DNA from: Candidatus Electrothrix sp. GW3-4
GTDB lineage: Bacteria; Desulfobacterota; Desulfobulbia; Desulfobulbales; Desulfobulbaceae
Length of the DNA stretch: 32,000 nt
Assembly (NCBI RefSeq): GCF_037902255.1
Contig: NZ_CP147990.1
Coordinates: 2,490,001-2,522,000 of the forward strand
Direction of reading: 5' to 3'
The notes beneath the pieces were generated by a model, which was not told the origin of the DNA, searched no databases, and worked only from the letters and a program-made list of their open reading frames with translations. A program made the translations under genes and the position numbers. Of this stretch, positions 19,153 to 30,256 are shown piece after piece (within the stretch, counting starts at the first letter, position 1; each line of letters begins with the position of its first letter).

Positions 19153-21972
19153 TTAGCCCATTGAATTCTTCTTAAGAAGTTCAGCGACCTCCTCCGGTGG
19201 CAACGGCTTGCTAAAATAATACCCCTGCACCTCTTCACACCCCATCTCCCTGAGCAGCTCCAGCTGACCCTTAGTCTCAACCCCTTCGGCAACGACCTTG
19301 AGATTCAGACTCTCTGCCATGGACAGAATAGAGGCAACAATAGCCTCATCATTACGGTCACGAACAATATCAGCAATAAACGCCTGATCAATCTTCAGGG
19401 TATTGACCGGAAAATTTTTCAGATAAGCAAGCGAAGAGTAGCCAGTGCCGAAATCATCAATAGCTATCCGCACCCCCAGCGCCCTAATATCTGAGAGTAA
19501 TTGCGCGGCCTCTTCTGGATTCTCCATAAGGACGCTCTCCGTAATCTCCAGCTCTAAGGCCTCCGGCCTAATGCCGTTCTCATGAAGGGTTTCAATAAGG
19601 AGAGCGAGCAGCTGCTTATCCTGAAATTGCCTTGAGGAGAGATTGGCCGCCAAAGACAACCCCACTATCCCCTGCTCCTGCCAGACCGTGACCTGTTGAC
19701 ATGCCTCCCTCAGCCCCCATTCCCCGATGGCCAGGATAAGACTGCTTTCCTCGGCAACAGGAATGAATTCAGCCGGAGAAATAATCCCCTTTGTCGGATG
19801 GCGCCAGCGCATGAGCGCCTCTACCCCGCAAATTTTTCCTCTTGCAAGGTCATATTTGGGTTGATAGTACAGGATAAATTCTTCATGCTCCAGGGCATGC
19901 CGTAATTCTCTTTCTACCGTCACCCGATGGAGCAGATTTTCATTCATCTGGGCACGAAAATACTGGTAACTTCCCTGCCCCCGCTTTTGGGCAAAACTTA
20001 TCGCTATATCTGCATTTTTGATCAGGCTTTCCGCATCCTGACCATCCTCTGGATACACAGTAATACCGATACAGGCATCAATAAAGATCTCCTCACCTGC
20101 AATATGAAAAGGCTGCTGAAGAACATGCAGTACATGGCGCGCCAGATGGCCAACACAATCCTTGAGCTTCACTTTGGAAAGAAGGACCATGAATTCATCA
20201 CCACAGAGCCTTGATACGGTATCAGTTTCCCGGACACAACTGCGAATTCTCTTGGAAACCTGGACCAGCAAATCATCACCAGCCTTATAGCCAAGGGTAT
20301 CATTGATATCCTTAAATCGATTCAGATCAATACAAAGAAGAACCAGAGGTTCACCATAAAACTGGCTGTTGAGCAGGGCTTGGGCGAGAAGCTCCTCAAA
20401 AAGAGTCCGGTTGGGAAGGTTTGTCAAGGGATCGTACAACAGCAGCTTTTTCAGCTGCTTTTCCACCTTTCTTTTCTCGGTAATATCGGTAAAAAGACCA
20501 ACATAATTTATCGTCTCGCCGCTCATGTCGTAGACTGCATTAATCGTAAGATATTTTTGATACACCTCTCCGCTCTTGCGCCGATCCCATATCTCTCCTG
20601 ACCATTTTCCGCTCTCCTTTAATTCCTTCCACATCGTCTCATAAAAGGCCTGATCATGATACCCTGACTTGCAGATCCGTGGGTTCTCACCGACGACCTC
20701 CCTCGGTTCATACCCTGTAATCCAGGTGTAGGCCTTATTGATATCCACAATCGAGGCATCAGCGTCTGTGATAACAATGGCCTCTCCGGTGTTTTCCAAG
20801 ATCTTCTGATCGAGTTGGAGCTGATATTCTAACTCCTTTTGATCAGTAATATCAGTGCGGATATACCCGAGCCCACATTTTTTCTGCCCGCAATCGCTGA
20901 GAGGAAAGCAAGACGTTTTCAGCACCCTTTTTTCATTATCTATCCAGAAGGTTTCCTCATATTCTCCTGCCTGCTGGAACACCTCAGAAGCTTTCTCGTC
21001 CTTTTGTTGCACTGGCAGGAGCCCCTCTTCTGACCTGCCGATGATATCTTTGTGTTCGAGCCCGAAATACTTTTTAAAACGTTCGTTAACCAGGGTGAAT
21101 CGTCCTGATACGTCTTTCAAGGCAATGAGGGAGGGTGAATGTTCAAGAACATCGACAAACTTTTTTTTGGTTGTCTCAAGCTCCTCAGCCTTTTTCCAGA
21201 GTTTTTTCACCTCATCCCGGCAGGTGCTCAGTAAAAAAAAACTACACAGCAGATAGGCGCAAAAAGGCAGCAGGTGCCAGAGCCTCCACAGCAGATCCCA
21301 GCGGGGAGGAAAGAACGAAAGGAAAGAGGTCAGGGAAAAAAGGAAGCTCGCGCTTGCAAGCAGTCGGTTTTGCCCTGGAATGCCTTGTCCTTGCTCATTA
21401 CCAAGAAAAAAACACCAGGCAACGAGAAAACAGATACCGCCAAAGGCTGCCAATGGCTGGGCGATCCTGTGCAGTTCGTTACTCCCCCCCTGTGCAGAGA
21501 CGGTATTTAAAAAAAACAAAAGGAATATACCGACAGTAAGAGAGGAGATACCCACCAGCCAAGGAAAGGTCCTCAGCACTCCTGGGGACAACTGCCTTGT
21601 CGGCAGGCTCACTAGGGCCAACAAGATAAGACCTCCGACGAACAGAGCCAACGCATGCAGGCCAGAAGCGAGCAAACCTGCGTATCCTGCCTGCAGGCCA
21701 TCAAGTACCCCCATCCCCAGCAGGGCCGAGGCAAGCAGCATCAAACCTTGATCACGATGTTTTTCATGCTGGATCAGCATCCAGAAGAGGGCAGAAAAAA
21801 GGGCGACACAGGCTCCGCCAACAAGGAAGAGAACATGCAGAGATTCAGGAAACCAGTACCCGTTTTCCTGGGCAGGCAGGACCAAGGCAATAAAGAGGAG
21901 AAGGAGCAAGATGACGGGACCTTCTGCTGCTCGAACAATCCATGTTCGCAGCCTATCAGCTTGCCCTGTCAT
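19153..21972 (-). CDS. Membrane-anchored PAS/PAS-GGDEF-EAL signalling protein
   Basis: 939 aa. About 8 N-terminal TM helices and two PAS-like segments, then a GGDEF domain with a degenerate CGDEF motif. The EAL domain has EALMRW, DDFGTGYSS and a KIDQAF-type motif. Confidence 0.9.
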   Translation of the reverse strand: MTGQADRLRTWIVRAAEGPVILLLLLFIALVLPAQENGYWFPESLHVLFLVGGACVALFSALFWMLIQHEKHRDQGLMLLASALLGMGVLDGLQAGYAGLLASGLHALALFVGGLILLALVSLPTRQLSPGVLRTFPWLVGISSLTVGIFLLFFLNTVSAQGGSNELHRIAQPLAAFGGICFLVAWCFFLGNEQGQGIPGQNRLLASASFLFSLTSFLSFFPPRWDLLWRLWHLLPFCAYLLCSFFLLSTCRDEVKKLWKKAEELETTKKKFVDVLEHSPSLIALKDVSGRFTLVNERFKKYFGLEHKDIIGRSEEGLLPVQQKDEKASEVFQQAGEYEETFWIDNEKRVLKTSCFPLSDCGQKKCGLGYIRTDITDQKELEYQLQLDQKILENTGEAIVITDADASIVDINKAYTWITGYEPREVVGENPRICKSGYHDQAFYETMWKELKESGKWSGEIWDRRKSGEVYQKYLTINAVYDMSGETINYVGLFTDITEKRKVEKQLKKLLLYDPLTNLPNRTLFEELLAQALLNSQFYGEPLVLLCIDLNRFKDINDTLGYKAGDDLLVQVSKRIRSCVRETDTVSRLCGDEFMVLLSKVKLKDCVGHLARHVLHVLQQPFHIAGEEIFIDACIGITVYPEDGQDAESLIKNADIAISFAQKRGQGSYQYFRAQMNENLLHRVTVERELRHALEHEEFILYYQPKYDLARGKICGVEALMRWRHPTKGIISPAEFIPVAEESSLILAIGEWGLREACQQVTVWQEQGIVGLSLAANLSSRQFQDKQLLALLIETLHENGIRPEALELEITESVLMENPEEAAQLLSDIRALGVRIAIDDFGTGYSSLAYLKNFPVNTLKIDQAFIADIVRDRNDEAIVASILSMAESLNLKVVAEGVETKGQLELLREMGCEEVQGYYFSKPLPPEEVAELLKKNSMG

Positions 21973-21979
21973 TCGCTGC

Positions 21980-23923
21980 TCATCCCGTGTTTTTGCGCAG
22001 AATACGCTTATCTCCGACCCGAATGGTCAGCTTGATCTTATCAAAGTACTCCAATAAGGGGATGGAAAACTTGCGGGTCAGTCCCGTGAGGTCTTTAAAA
22101 GCCGGGGCGTCAATCTCCCCTTCTTTGTCCAGATAGTCTTGCACGCTTTCTGCCAGCCGATGAAGTTCTTCGGCATAAAAGAATAAGGCCTCATTAATTT
22201 TGATCAAGGTGCCGTTCTGCAGGAGCAGATCAATGACCTGACGGATTTGCTTTTCGGGAAATTCCGCAAAGGTGGCCAAGACGTCCTTCAAATTCGGCGG
22301 ACGCAGGCCAGCCTCCTGGTACAGCTTGCCGATTTTTTCCTGCATTTCCTGTTCATCAACCTGCAGGGTTACCTCATGGCTCCTCAAACGCACCTCTGCC
22401 CCTTCCTGGACAATGAGAGCGTTTTTGGCAAGGCTGGTCATCAGGTACTGAAACAGCTTCTGGTCCACCGGAGGCCGGAGACGGGAGCGTATTTCCTCTC
22501 TTGCCAGACCGCTCTTAAGGGGATTTTCCTTATGATACTGCTCTAACAAAGTGAGCACGGCTTGATTGAGCCGCTCAATCACCTGGCCAGCAACCAGACG
22601 TTGATTTTCCGATTCCACCACCAGGACCTTTTTTGCAGAGATAGGGACCTGGAGCTGTTTTTTCAGTTTTTTACCAAACAGACCCAGGCGGGTGGAAAGT
22701 TGGTCCGCTGTAATCCCCTGTATTCCACTCTCTTCAAGAAAGAGGAGCATTTTTGCAATAATGCTCTCTCCCTCATTTTCTGCTTTATAAATGGAAAAGA
22801 TAACACGATTACGTGCCCTGTTCTGCTCAGTGGAACGTTTCCGCTTCGGCGGCGCATTGTTGAGAATCACCCCGCCGCCCAAGGTGGCAACCGGTGAATA
22901 GCTGCGCAGGACAAAACGGTCGCCTGGCCAAACCGCCACAGGATCCTGGACAATGAGCTGGATATCGGCATCTTCACCTGGCTCCACCGTGTCCTTTTCC
23001 ATCAGGACCACCCGGGCCAGGATTTCCCGGGTACCCACATGTAAACGTACCTGGGTCCTGTTCTTCAATTTTCTCGAATTATTGGCCAGGAAATGAAAAT
23101 CCGCATCCAGCAGGGTTGAGGCCTGCATAGTGCCTGGGGTGGCAGCGAGATCGCCCCGGTTGATCTCCTCCTTTTCAATGCCTTGCAGGTTGATCGCTGT
23201 ACGATGTCCAGCCTCAACAATCTCCTGTTCTTGGCCATGCACCTGGATGCCCCGGATCTTGGCAATCAGCCCACCCGGATAAAACATCAGGTCTTCCCCC
23301 ACGGCAACCCGCCCGGAAAGAGAAGAACCAGTGATCACGGTCCCAAAGCCCTTCATGGAGAACACCCGGTCGACTGCTAAACGAAATGGCCCGAATTCCT
23401 CCTGAAATTTGATTGTACCTACCTTTTCATCCAGCACCTTTTTCACCGCCTCAATCCCCTCACCAGTAGTGGAGGACACGGCCAAAATCGGAGCCTCTTC
23501 CAGGAAACTGCCTGTAAAAAAATCCCTGACCTCTTCCTCGACCATCTCCAGCCATTCTTCCTCCACCATGTCCTTCTTGGTCAGGATGATCAGGCCGTCT
23601 TTGACACCCAGCAATTTGCAGATATCAAAATGTTCCCTGGTTTGGGGCATGATACCCTCATCCGCCGCCACGATAAAGGCCACCATGTCCATACCTGCGG
23701 CGCCAGCCACCATATTGCGAACAAACTTCTCATGGCCCGGCACATCAACAATACCCAGACGATGCCCGCAATCGAGGTCGATATAGGCAAAGCCCAATTC
23801 AATGGTGATGCCCCGCTTTTTTTCTTCCTGTAACCGGTCGGTTTCAATACCGGTCAGGGCGCGGATCAAACTTGTCTTACCATGGTCAACATGACCGGCG
23901 GTACCGAGGATTATTTCACGCAT
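21980..23923 (-). CDS. selB: Selenocysteine-specific translation elongation factor SelB
   Basis: 647 aa. The GTPase N-terminus [19 protein letters not shown]...DVPGHEKF...TKKD is followed by a long C-terminal winged-helix extension of the length typical for bacterial SelB. Confidence 0.93.
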   Translation of the reverse strand: MREIILGTAGHVDHGKTSLIRALTGIETDRLQEEKKRGITIELGFAYIDLDCGHRLGIVDVPGHEKFVRNMVAGAAGMDMVAFIVAADEGIMPQTREHFDICKLLGVKDGLIILTKKDMVEEEWLEMVEEEVRDFFTGSFLEEAPILAVSSTTGEGIEAVKKVLDEKVGTIKFQEEFGPFRLAVDRVFSMKGFGTVITGSSLSGRVAVGEDLMFYPGGLIAKIRGIQVHGQEQEIVEAGHRTAINLQGIEKEEINRGDLAATPGTMQASTLLDADFHFLANNSRKLKNRTQVRLHVGTREILARVVLMEKDTVEPGEDADIQLIVQDPVAVWPGDRFVLRSYSPVATLGGGVILNNAPPKRKRSTEQNRARNRVIFSIYKAENEGESIIAKMLLFLEESGIQGITADQLSTRLGLFGKKLKKQLQVPISAKKVLVVESENQRLVAGQVIERLNQAVLTLLEQYHKENPLKSGLAREEIRSRLRPPVDQKLFQYLMTSLAKNALIVQEGAEVRLRSHEVTLQVDEQEMQEKIGKLYQEAGLRPPNLKDVLATFAEFPEKQIRQVIDLLLQNGTLIKINEALFFYAEELHRLAESVQDYLDKEGEIDAPAFKDLTGLTRKFSIPLLEYFDKIKLTIRVGDKRILRKNTG

Positions 23924-23935
23924 AAATATTTCTGC

Positions 23936-24250
23936 TTATTGCTCACTATCGGCCTGCGCAGTCTTACGATAGGCCAAAAATTCTATAACAGTTTTTTTCT
24001 CTTTTTGATTGAGAAAATTCATTTGATCAGAATAGCGCATCATCTTTTCCACAGTCTGCTTCCATTCTGAATGATTTTTTTCCGCACCATATACCCTGTC
24101 AATGCTGTGACAGATAGTACATTTTTTCTCAACCAGCGTTTTTCCTAGCTCGTCCCCCCCCTCTTCTGCAAAGCAGGGGGCGATCAAGAGCAATGGCAGC
24201 AAAAGAGCAATGCAGCAACAACAGCAAAAGGTCCATTTTTGTTTTTCCAT
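23936..24250 (-). CDS. Small secreted monohaem c-type-cytochrome-like protein
   Basis: 104 aa. Signal peptide, one CTICH (CxxCH) site, then W...TVEKM. It is the same module as the two repeats in the next gene. Confidence 0.65.
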   Translation of the reverse strand: MEKQKWTFCCCCCIALLLPLLLIAPCFAEEGGDELGKTLVEKKCTICHSIDRVYGAEKNHSEWKQTVEKMMRYSDQMNFLNQKEKKTVIEFLAYRKTAQADSEQ

Positions 24251-24296
24251 AGAAGCATCTTCCTTATATTGTCTTCCTTATATTATCTTCCCTTGA

Positions 24297-25199
24297 TCAT
24301 TCTTCCTTCTCTGGCCGGGAGGAACTCCGACTGGACAAAAATGTAACAACCGTCGCTTGTTCCTGTGAGCTCAGGAATTCCTTCTGCTTGGAATAAGCGA
24401 TCATATTCTTCACGGTCTCCCCCCACTCCTCGTACGTTTTTTCAGCCAGATAAATCCGATCCAGACCATGACAGAAAGAACATTTTTGTTCGATCAAGTT
24501 CCGCCCTCTCTTTCCCTTGAGTCCAGACGCCTCAGCAGCCAATCTTTCCCGCCGATTCTGCTGATTGATAAGATAGTTAAGAATCTCCTCTCCTTGGGAT
24601 GCGCTGATATTGGGCGTATCAAAGGAGACCATACGGTGGACAGTCTCTGCCCAGCCCTGCTCGGTTTTCAGGCTCTTAAAAACTCGTTCTAAGGTATGGC
24701 ATTTCCCACATTTTTGTACCACGAGTCTTTGTCCCTGTTTCTCATCCAACACAGCGACGTCTTCTTTGGATAGGGCCATCTTACCAATATCGCTCTGGTG
24801 AAGGAAATAATAGCCAGCCGTCATACTGTTGAGGAGAAAAAGGGCCAGGAATACGGCCAGCCCGATCCCTGGCACATGTTTTTCAAAGCGTTTAAAACGT
24901 CGGACAATAAGAACTTTAAAGAGAAGAAGGGGAACAACAAGAAGTGCCAACGAGATATGGAGAATGGTCCGTGGTGAAAACTCTTCCTGATAACTTCCGG
25001 CCTTAGAAAGCATGACCGTTACGATGACCAGAAAAAAGACGATAAAGATATATCCTGTCACCCTATGCGCCTTGACCAGACGCTGATTGGCCTTACTGTC
25101 TTTTTTGGGATTGCCCCGCAGCTCCAACATCAGGAGCATAGCGCAGGCCCCGGTCAAGGTAGCTGCCAGCCCAGCTATTGAAGTTATTATCGGACTCAT
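24297..25199 (-). CDS. Membrane protein (4 TM) with two CxxCH cytochrome-c-like modules
   Basis: Four hydrophobic helices, then KCGKCHTLERVF...GWAETVHRM and KCSFCHGLDRIY...EWGETVKNM. I prefer ATG 25199 (AGAGG 8 nt upstream) over the ORF-track GTG at 25217. Confidence 0.7.
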   Translation of the reverse strand: MSPIITSIAGLAATLTGACAMLLMLELRGNPKKDSKANQRLVKAHRVTGYIFIVFFLVIVTVMLSKAGSYQEEFSPRTILHISLALLVVPLLLFKVLIVRRFKRFEKHVPGIGLAVFLALFLLNSMTAGYYFLHQSDIGKMALSKEDVAVLDEKQGQRLVVQKCGKCHTLERVFKSLKTEQGWAETVHRMVSFDTPNISASQGEEILNYLINQQNRRERLAAEASGLKGKRGRNLIEQKCSFCHGLDRIYLAEKTYEEWGETVKNMIAYSKQKEFLSSQEQATVVTFLSSRSSSRPEKEE

Positions 25200-25547
25200 G
25201 AACAATGCCTCTAGCACCGCATTCCCTCTGGCTTTACAATACGTGCTTATAATACACGTTTACAATATGCCCCACCCTATTCCTTTCTTTTGCACGCTCA
25301 ACCACAGGTCATGCTCAAGGCGTTTCACAATAAGGGCCGAGACGAATCCCCCCACCTCCCTTCTTATCATGGGCACAGCAAGTGAAACCATGGATAGACC
25401 TCGTAAGCGCTCCCAGGAGAGAGGGAAAAGATTTCTCAGGCCAGAAGAATTCCAGGCAGGTAGACTTCACTGTTAGAGGAAGGCAAACGTCTCCCTGTCA
25501 CATTGGCTTGCCACTACCAGGGAAACCTCTGGACCTTCTTAGCCTTC

Positions 25548-26174
25548 TTAGAAATAAGGATTCCCTTCTGCCTCATCCCCGATGGTTGATTTAACACCGC
25601 CATAGCCATGTCCTGGCCAGACAACTGTTTCCGGTGGTAGAGTCAGGAGGCGTTCCCGGATGGACAGAGAGAGTTGCGGCATGGAACCACCAGGAAAATC
25701 CGTACGCCCGACTCCACCGACAAACAAGGTGTCACCGGTAAAGCAATCCGGCTTATTATAGAGGCATATCCCACCTGGAGTATGCCCTGGAGTATGAATC
25801 ACGGTCAAGCTTTCCTCACCGATAATGATGTTCTCACCGTTTTCGACCAAAATATCTGCTGGGGGTGATTCCGGTAACCCGAGCATAGAAAAATAGCTTT
25901 TGGCGTCCGCAGTGTTGAAAAATTCAGCATCCGACCGATGCATGATGATTTGTGCCCCGGTCGCCTCCTGAATAGGCCCGTTACCGCATACGTGGTCTGG
26001 GTGACCGTGGGTATTAATGATATACATCACATCGAGATTATGCTCTTTGCAGGCGGCGAGTATCTTTTCTTCATCTCCGCCAGGGTCAATGACTGCTGCC
26101 TTTCCTGTCTTTACACAGGAAACAACATAGCAACAAACGCTCATCATACCGACTGTCAGCTGTTGTATTCTCAT
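25548..26174 (-). CDS. MBL-fold metallo-hydrolase (glyoxalase II-like)
   Basis: 208 aa. Has INTHGHPDH (the HxHxDH motif), HTPGHTPG and a GDTLF-type segment. Confidence 0.85.
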   Translation of the reverse strand: MRIQQLTVGMMSVCCYVVSCVKTGKAAVIDPGGDEEKILAACKEHNLDVMYIINTHGHPDHVCGNGPIQEATGAQIIMHRSDAEFFNTADAKSYFSMLGLPESPPADILVENGENIIIGEESLTVIHTPGHTPGGICLYNKPDCFTGDTLFVGGVGRTDFPGGSMPQLSLSIRERLLTLPPETVVWPGHGYGGVKSTIGDEAEGNPYF

Positions 26175-26292
26175 AGTAACGGGTCTGCTCTCTTCAGTTC
26201 AGGTGAATCAGATAGTCATAAAAAGCCATCCTGGTAATTCCAGCTTGGCTTTCAGGCTGTATAATGTTTTTTATCAGCAACTGTTCTCCGAC

Positions 26293-27276
26293 TCAGCAAT
26301 CGCATTTATTTGGATTACATCCGTCATCGCCACAGCCACAGGTAGAGCCCGTAATGGTCTTTAAGCCCGTTGCCAGCGTTAGGCCTGCTTTTGCTTTTTT
26401 GACTTTTAGACGTCGTTCAACGGCTTCCACCACCTCAGCAAAGGCCTTTACAGCCGGGCTGTTCTCATCAGAAGAAAGATAGGGTTTTCCGCTGTCCCCG
26501 CCAACGACCACCCGGGGCTCCATAGGTACTCTACCAAGAAAGGGCAGCTCAAAATCACGAGCTGTCTTCTCCCCACCACCGGAACTAAAAATATCCACGG
26601 TTTCCTCACAATGGGGACAGATAAAACCGGACATATTTTCAACCACCCCGACAATGGGCATTTCTACGGTTTTACAAAAATTTATGGATTTGCGCACATC
26701 AGCTAAGGCCACAGCCTGGGGGGTGGTGACAACCAGAGCCTGTACATTGGGAATAGTTTGCGCAACAGAGAGCGGTTCATCACCTGTCCCTGGAGGGGCA
26801 TCAACAACAAGATAGTCCAGTTCTCCCCAGTCCATATCGGCAACGAACTGACGAATAGCCTGTATTTTCAAAGGGCCACGCCAAATAATCGCCTCATCCC
26901 TGTCCTTCATCATGTATTCCAGGGAAACGACCTTCACATTTTCATTATAGACCAGCGGCGGCACCAAGGAGTTTGCTGACTGACGGGACTCCAAGGATTC
27001 GGTTAAGTCAAGCATTCGGCAGATATCCGGCCCGTGCAGATCGACATCCATCAGGCCGACTTTATACCCCTTCTTGGCAAGCCCTAAAGCGAGATTGACA
27101 GCAACAGTGGATTTTCCAACCCCTCCCTTACCGCTCATAACCAAAATTTTATGCTTGATCTTCCCCAGCGACCGGGTGATAGCAATATCCTGTTGAGCAA
27201 TTTGCGCATCGGCAGAGTGGCACGTCGAATGGTCCTCACTCTCACATGCATCGCATGAACTCATCATATCCTCCAT
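26293..27276 (-). CDS. apbC: Mrp/NBP35/ApbC-family Fe-S cluster carrier ATPase with Cys-rich termini
   Basis: Deviant Walker A VMSGKGGVGKST and a CPHC motif (FICPHCEE). The N-terminus is Cys/His-rich and the tail ends CGCGDDGCNPNKCDC. Confidence 0.88.
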   Translation of the reverse strand: MEDMMSSCDACESEDHSTCHSADAQIAQQDIAITRSLGKIKHKILVMSGKGGVGKSTVAVNLALGLAKKGYKVGLMDVDLHGPDICRMLDLTESLESRQSANSLVPPLVYNENVKVVSLEYMMKDRDEAIIWRGPLKIQAIRQFVADMDWGELDYLVVDAPPGTGDEPLSVAQTIPNVQALVVTTPQAVALADVRKSINFCKTVEMPIVGVVENMSGFICPHCEETVDIFSSGGGEKTARDFELPFLGRVPMEPRVVVGGDSGKPYLSSDENSPAVKAFAEVVEAVERRLKVKKAKAGLTLATGLKTITGSTCGCGDDGCNPNKCDC

Positions 27277-27602
27277 TTAATAATCAAATACATAGTAAGG
27301 GAAATAAGGCGATTCAACAATCGTCCAGAGGTATTCGCCTTTGATAAATCAATCTTCCGCCGTCTCGAGGCGGGTTGCACACTGTGCAGCCTGCGCCGTC
27401 TGTCCAACACCAAGCTTGACGGAACATACAGGGCAACACAGATCAAAATAGGGCATAACATTGATGTTATACTCGTAAGGCTTGCATTCTAACTCCGAGC
27501 TCCTGAAAAGCAATAAAAAAAGTTCAGCAGACGCAATCACCTATCATAGCGTAAAAACAACACAACAACAAGGCAGGAGCAGGGTGCAAAAGACAGTGTT
27601 TC

Positions 27603-29987
27603 TTACTGACGGATTCGTGCCAGAGGATAATAGCGGTTCAAATCAAAAAGTCCAGCCTGAACCGGTTGTTCCTGAAAAAAACGCTGCTGAAACCAATCAT
27701 ACTCCTGCCAAAACTGAGCATCAGCCCGATTAATACCATATCTGACAAATCGAGCTATCTCGGCCTCGCCTACCTGCTCTTTCCTGGCCAACAGGGACCA
27801 AAAATCAGGGAGGTCTTTTTCATGGATCTTGAAAAAATAATTAGGATACGAGCCCACAAAACCAGGCAATATATCCATACTGTCTTTGGAAGAATTCAGC
27901 ACGCCTTTTTCATGGATCATGGTGTAATAAGAGACATTATCATGCCAACGATTGACGACAATGCTCAAGCTGGCATCCCGTCTGTTTTCCCGAACAATGC
28001 GAACGAAAGCGAGGTTAGCGTTATAACTGTTAAAGTATGATAACAGAACAGAATCGGGGCCCGTCACAGAGCGAAATCCCCGCAGAATATCCTGATCCGT
28101 TTCCAAGCGGGGAGGCACTTGCGGAAAGGAGCTCTCTGCCTTGAGATAGTTGATCGAATCAAGGCGTATTCCTGTGGAGATCGGGAGTTCCTTGCCAACA
28201 ATATGCTCGATAAACTCTCTTTTTGGATTATCCGAGCTAAAGGAAATTGCAGCGGGCATGAAAGGAGCAGTGGTATCGAGCAGGCTGGCCTCTGCGCCAA
28301 TATACCAGGACCGCTGCATCTCCATCCGCTTTGCCACGGGCATGAAATTGAGAAAACCGAGTTCACCTTCCCGACGCAGCTTGTCCATGTACAGGCGGAC
28401 TGCGGTCTGATGCCCCAGGGTGCCGTACACATCAAAGCCTGCAACCAGAGAATAATAAATCCGCTCAAGCAAAGGATAATCAATGAGCCAAAGGGTGCGG
28501 GGCAGGCTGCCCAAAACACCCCGATGCACAGAAGCGCTGTCAAAATGGCGATACACTGTCAGCAGAGGGGCATCCGTGCTCCGTTCCCCTTTCCAGATCG
28601 TTTCATAGCCCAGCCCTTTGTCATAATAGGCGGTGTAAAAATCCTGTCTGGAGTGGAGATAGCGAAGCGAGGCCTGCTGATATTTATTATTGATCATATC
28701 ATTGAGCAGCCTTCCAAGGGAAAATTCAGAGCCACGCTCAATGGGCATGATCAGATTATCCTGATTCATACGGAGAAACCCCGGATACCTGACACTCAGA
28801 TCATATTCCGGGTCAAGAAACAGCACCCAAAAATGGTCATGGATCACATTGAGTGCGACCTGCCCACGACAGACTGGCCCACGGATAAAGGTCATGATGA
28901 TATAATGGGCATTGTCCAGGAGAAAACGATATCGGGAGGCAGCGGGTATCTGCGCAAAGGCAACAAAGGGATTGGCACTCAGCTCAGTGCCATAGCCGAC
29001 CAGATAAGGTTCCTGTAACCATTGCGGCGTGATAAACAGTTCTTTGAAGCGAGCCAGCATCCAGCTGTCAAACTGGACCACCATGTGCGTCTTATGAACA
29101 ATGGTGGAATGAATCTTGCGAAAACGATAAAAAAAGGTATCGGTTTCAGGATCATCATAGGGCCGGACAGTGGCTATCAGGTCAATGGGCTGGCCAGGAG
29201 GTGCCTTGGAGCGAACCAGCTCATAATACTCATGAGTATCAGTTTCAAACTTGATATGGGCCAGAAAATAATGTTCATAGAGATAACGGGCCGTCATCGT
29301 ATGTTTCGGATCAGCCATGTTCAAAAAGGCCTCCCAGCGTGCTATCGGGGCCTGATCCACGGGTTTCGGGGTGACCAGCTCCTGTTGTTGTTCCTGGGTC
29401 GGCCCTTGCCTACCCTGAGCCAGCCAACCGGCAATCACCTCAAATTCTTCCTTCTTTAAGGGAGGAAAACCAAAGGGCATCCCTTGATTGGGATGTTTGT
29501 CCAAATAGCGCCCCAACTCGGCCCCGTTTTCAGCACAGGTCAGATCATCTGCCTCTGAATGATATGCACCGCTGCTCTCTGGATGCTCCATCTTATGAGC
29601 AAGCAACTGCAAGAGAATGGAGTTATTCAGACCAACATGAGCAGTATTCTCTGTTACCGTGTAAAATCCCTTATCCCGCCATTCTTCGCTTGTCCGGGCA
29701 TCAAAAAAAAGCCGGGTTGGGTCCATTGTCGTCAGGCGGTCCGCATTATATATGGCCTCCTTGCTCGCGCCCCGGTCTAATCCTTCATAAGAACTGAGCT
29801 TCAATTGGCAGGGAGAATTATAGCAGGAATGGCAGACCACACAGCGTTTATCCAACAATGGTTTTACTTCACTTAAATAATCGATGGGATGGTCGGGTAT
29901 CTGCACCTGAACAGGTGGAGGAGGTGCTGCGCAGGCGGTCAGTAAGAGCAAAAGGAGAAAGGAGAAAAAAGGCTTACAAGCGACCAT
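27603..29987 (-). CDS. cti: Fatty acid cis/trans isomerase (Cti family)
   Basis: 794 aa. Signal peptide, then an N-terminal haem-c motif CVVCHSCYNSPCQLKLSSYEG. The length and this conserved N-terminal block resemble Pseudomonas/Vibrio Cti. Confidence 0.8.
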   Translation of the reverse strand: MVACKPFFSFLLLLLLTACAAPPPPVQVQIPDHPIDYLSEVKPLLDKRCVVCHSCYNSPCQLKLSSYEGLDRGASKEAIYNADRLTTMDPTRLFFDARTSEEWRDKGFYTVTENTAHVGLNNSILLQLLAHKMEHPESSGAYHSEADDLTCAENGAELGRYLDKHPNQGMPFGFPPLKKEEFEVIAGWLAQGRQGPTQEQQQELVTPKPVDQAPIARWEAFLNMADPKHTMTARYLYEHYFLAHIKFETDTHEYYELVRSKAPPGQPIDLIATVRPYDDPETDTFFYRFRKIHSTIVHKTHMVVQFDSWMLARFKELFITPQWLQEPYLVGYGTELSANPFVAFAQIPAASRYRFLLDNAHYIIMTFIRGPVCRGQVALNVIHDHFWVLFLDPEYDLSVRYPGFLRMNQDNLIMPIERGSEFSLGRLLNDMINNKYQQASLRYLHSRQDFYTAYYDKGLGYETIWKGERSTDAPLLTVYRHFDSASVHRGVLGSLPRTLWLIDYPLLERIYYSLVAGFDVYGTLGHQTAVRLYMDKLRREGELGFLNFMPVAKRMEMQRSWYIGAEASLLDTTAPFMPAAISFSSDNPKREFIEHIVGKELPISTGIRLDSINYLKAESSFPQVPPRLETDQDILRGFRSVTGPDSVLLSYFNSYNANLAFVRIVRENRRDASLSIVVNRWHDNVSYYTMIHEKGVLNSSKDSMDILPGFVGSYPNYFFKIHEKDLPDFWSLLARKEQVGEAEIARFVRYGINRADAQFWQEYDWFQQRFFQEQPVQAGLFDLNRYYPLARIRQ

Positions 29988-30256
29988 AAGGGCTCCAGAT
30001 GAGAGTAAGGGGCAGCGGGTTTCTTGTCATATACTACTTGTCCATTGACAAGTTCGTCAAGTTCCCAACGATGGTATACCCATATCGTCAACCTCCAGGA
30101 AATGACATTTCTTTCATGTCGGAGCAGCATCTTTTGTCACTTGGGGAGGGTATAACAAAAACAGAAAGGATAAGAAGAGGACAGAGGCAGGTTATTCCCA
30201 GGGGGTATTTTTCTGCCCTATATCCTGAGATCATCTCATCATTAAAGGAGAACACC

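Noticed and set aside
27349-27540. 63-aa minus-strand ORF with a CCPVC...C pattern (possible small zinc-ribbon protein)
   Set aside because: There is no RBS before either candidate Met, only one CxxC pair, and it lies in the promoter region of the Mrp gene. The evidence is insufficient.
29999-30256. Upstream extension of the small secreted protein ORF
   Set aside because: A strong AAGGAG RBS with an ATG and a signal peptide at 30257 fits much better. The extension overlaps the cti promoter region and has no features.
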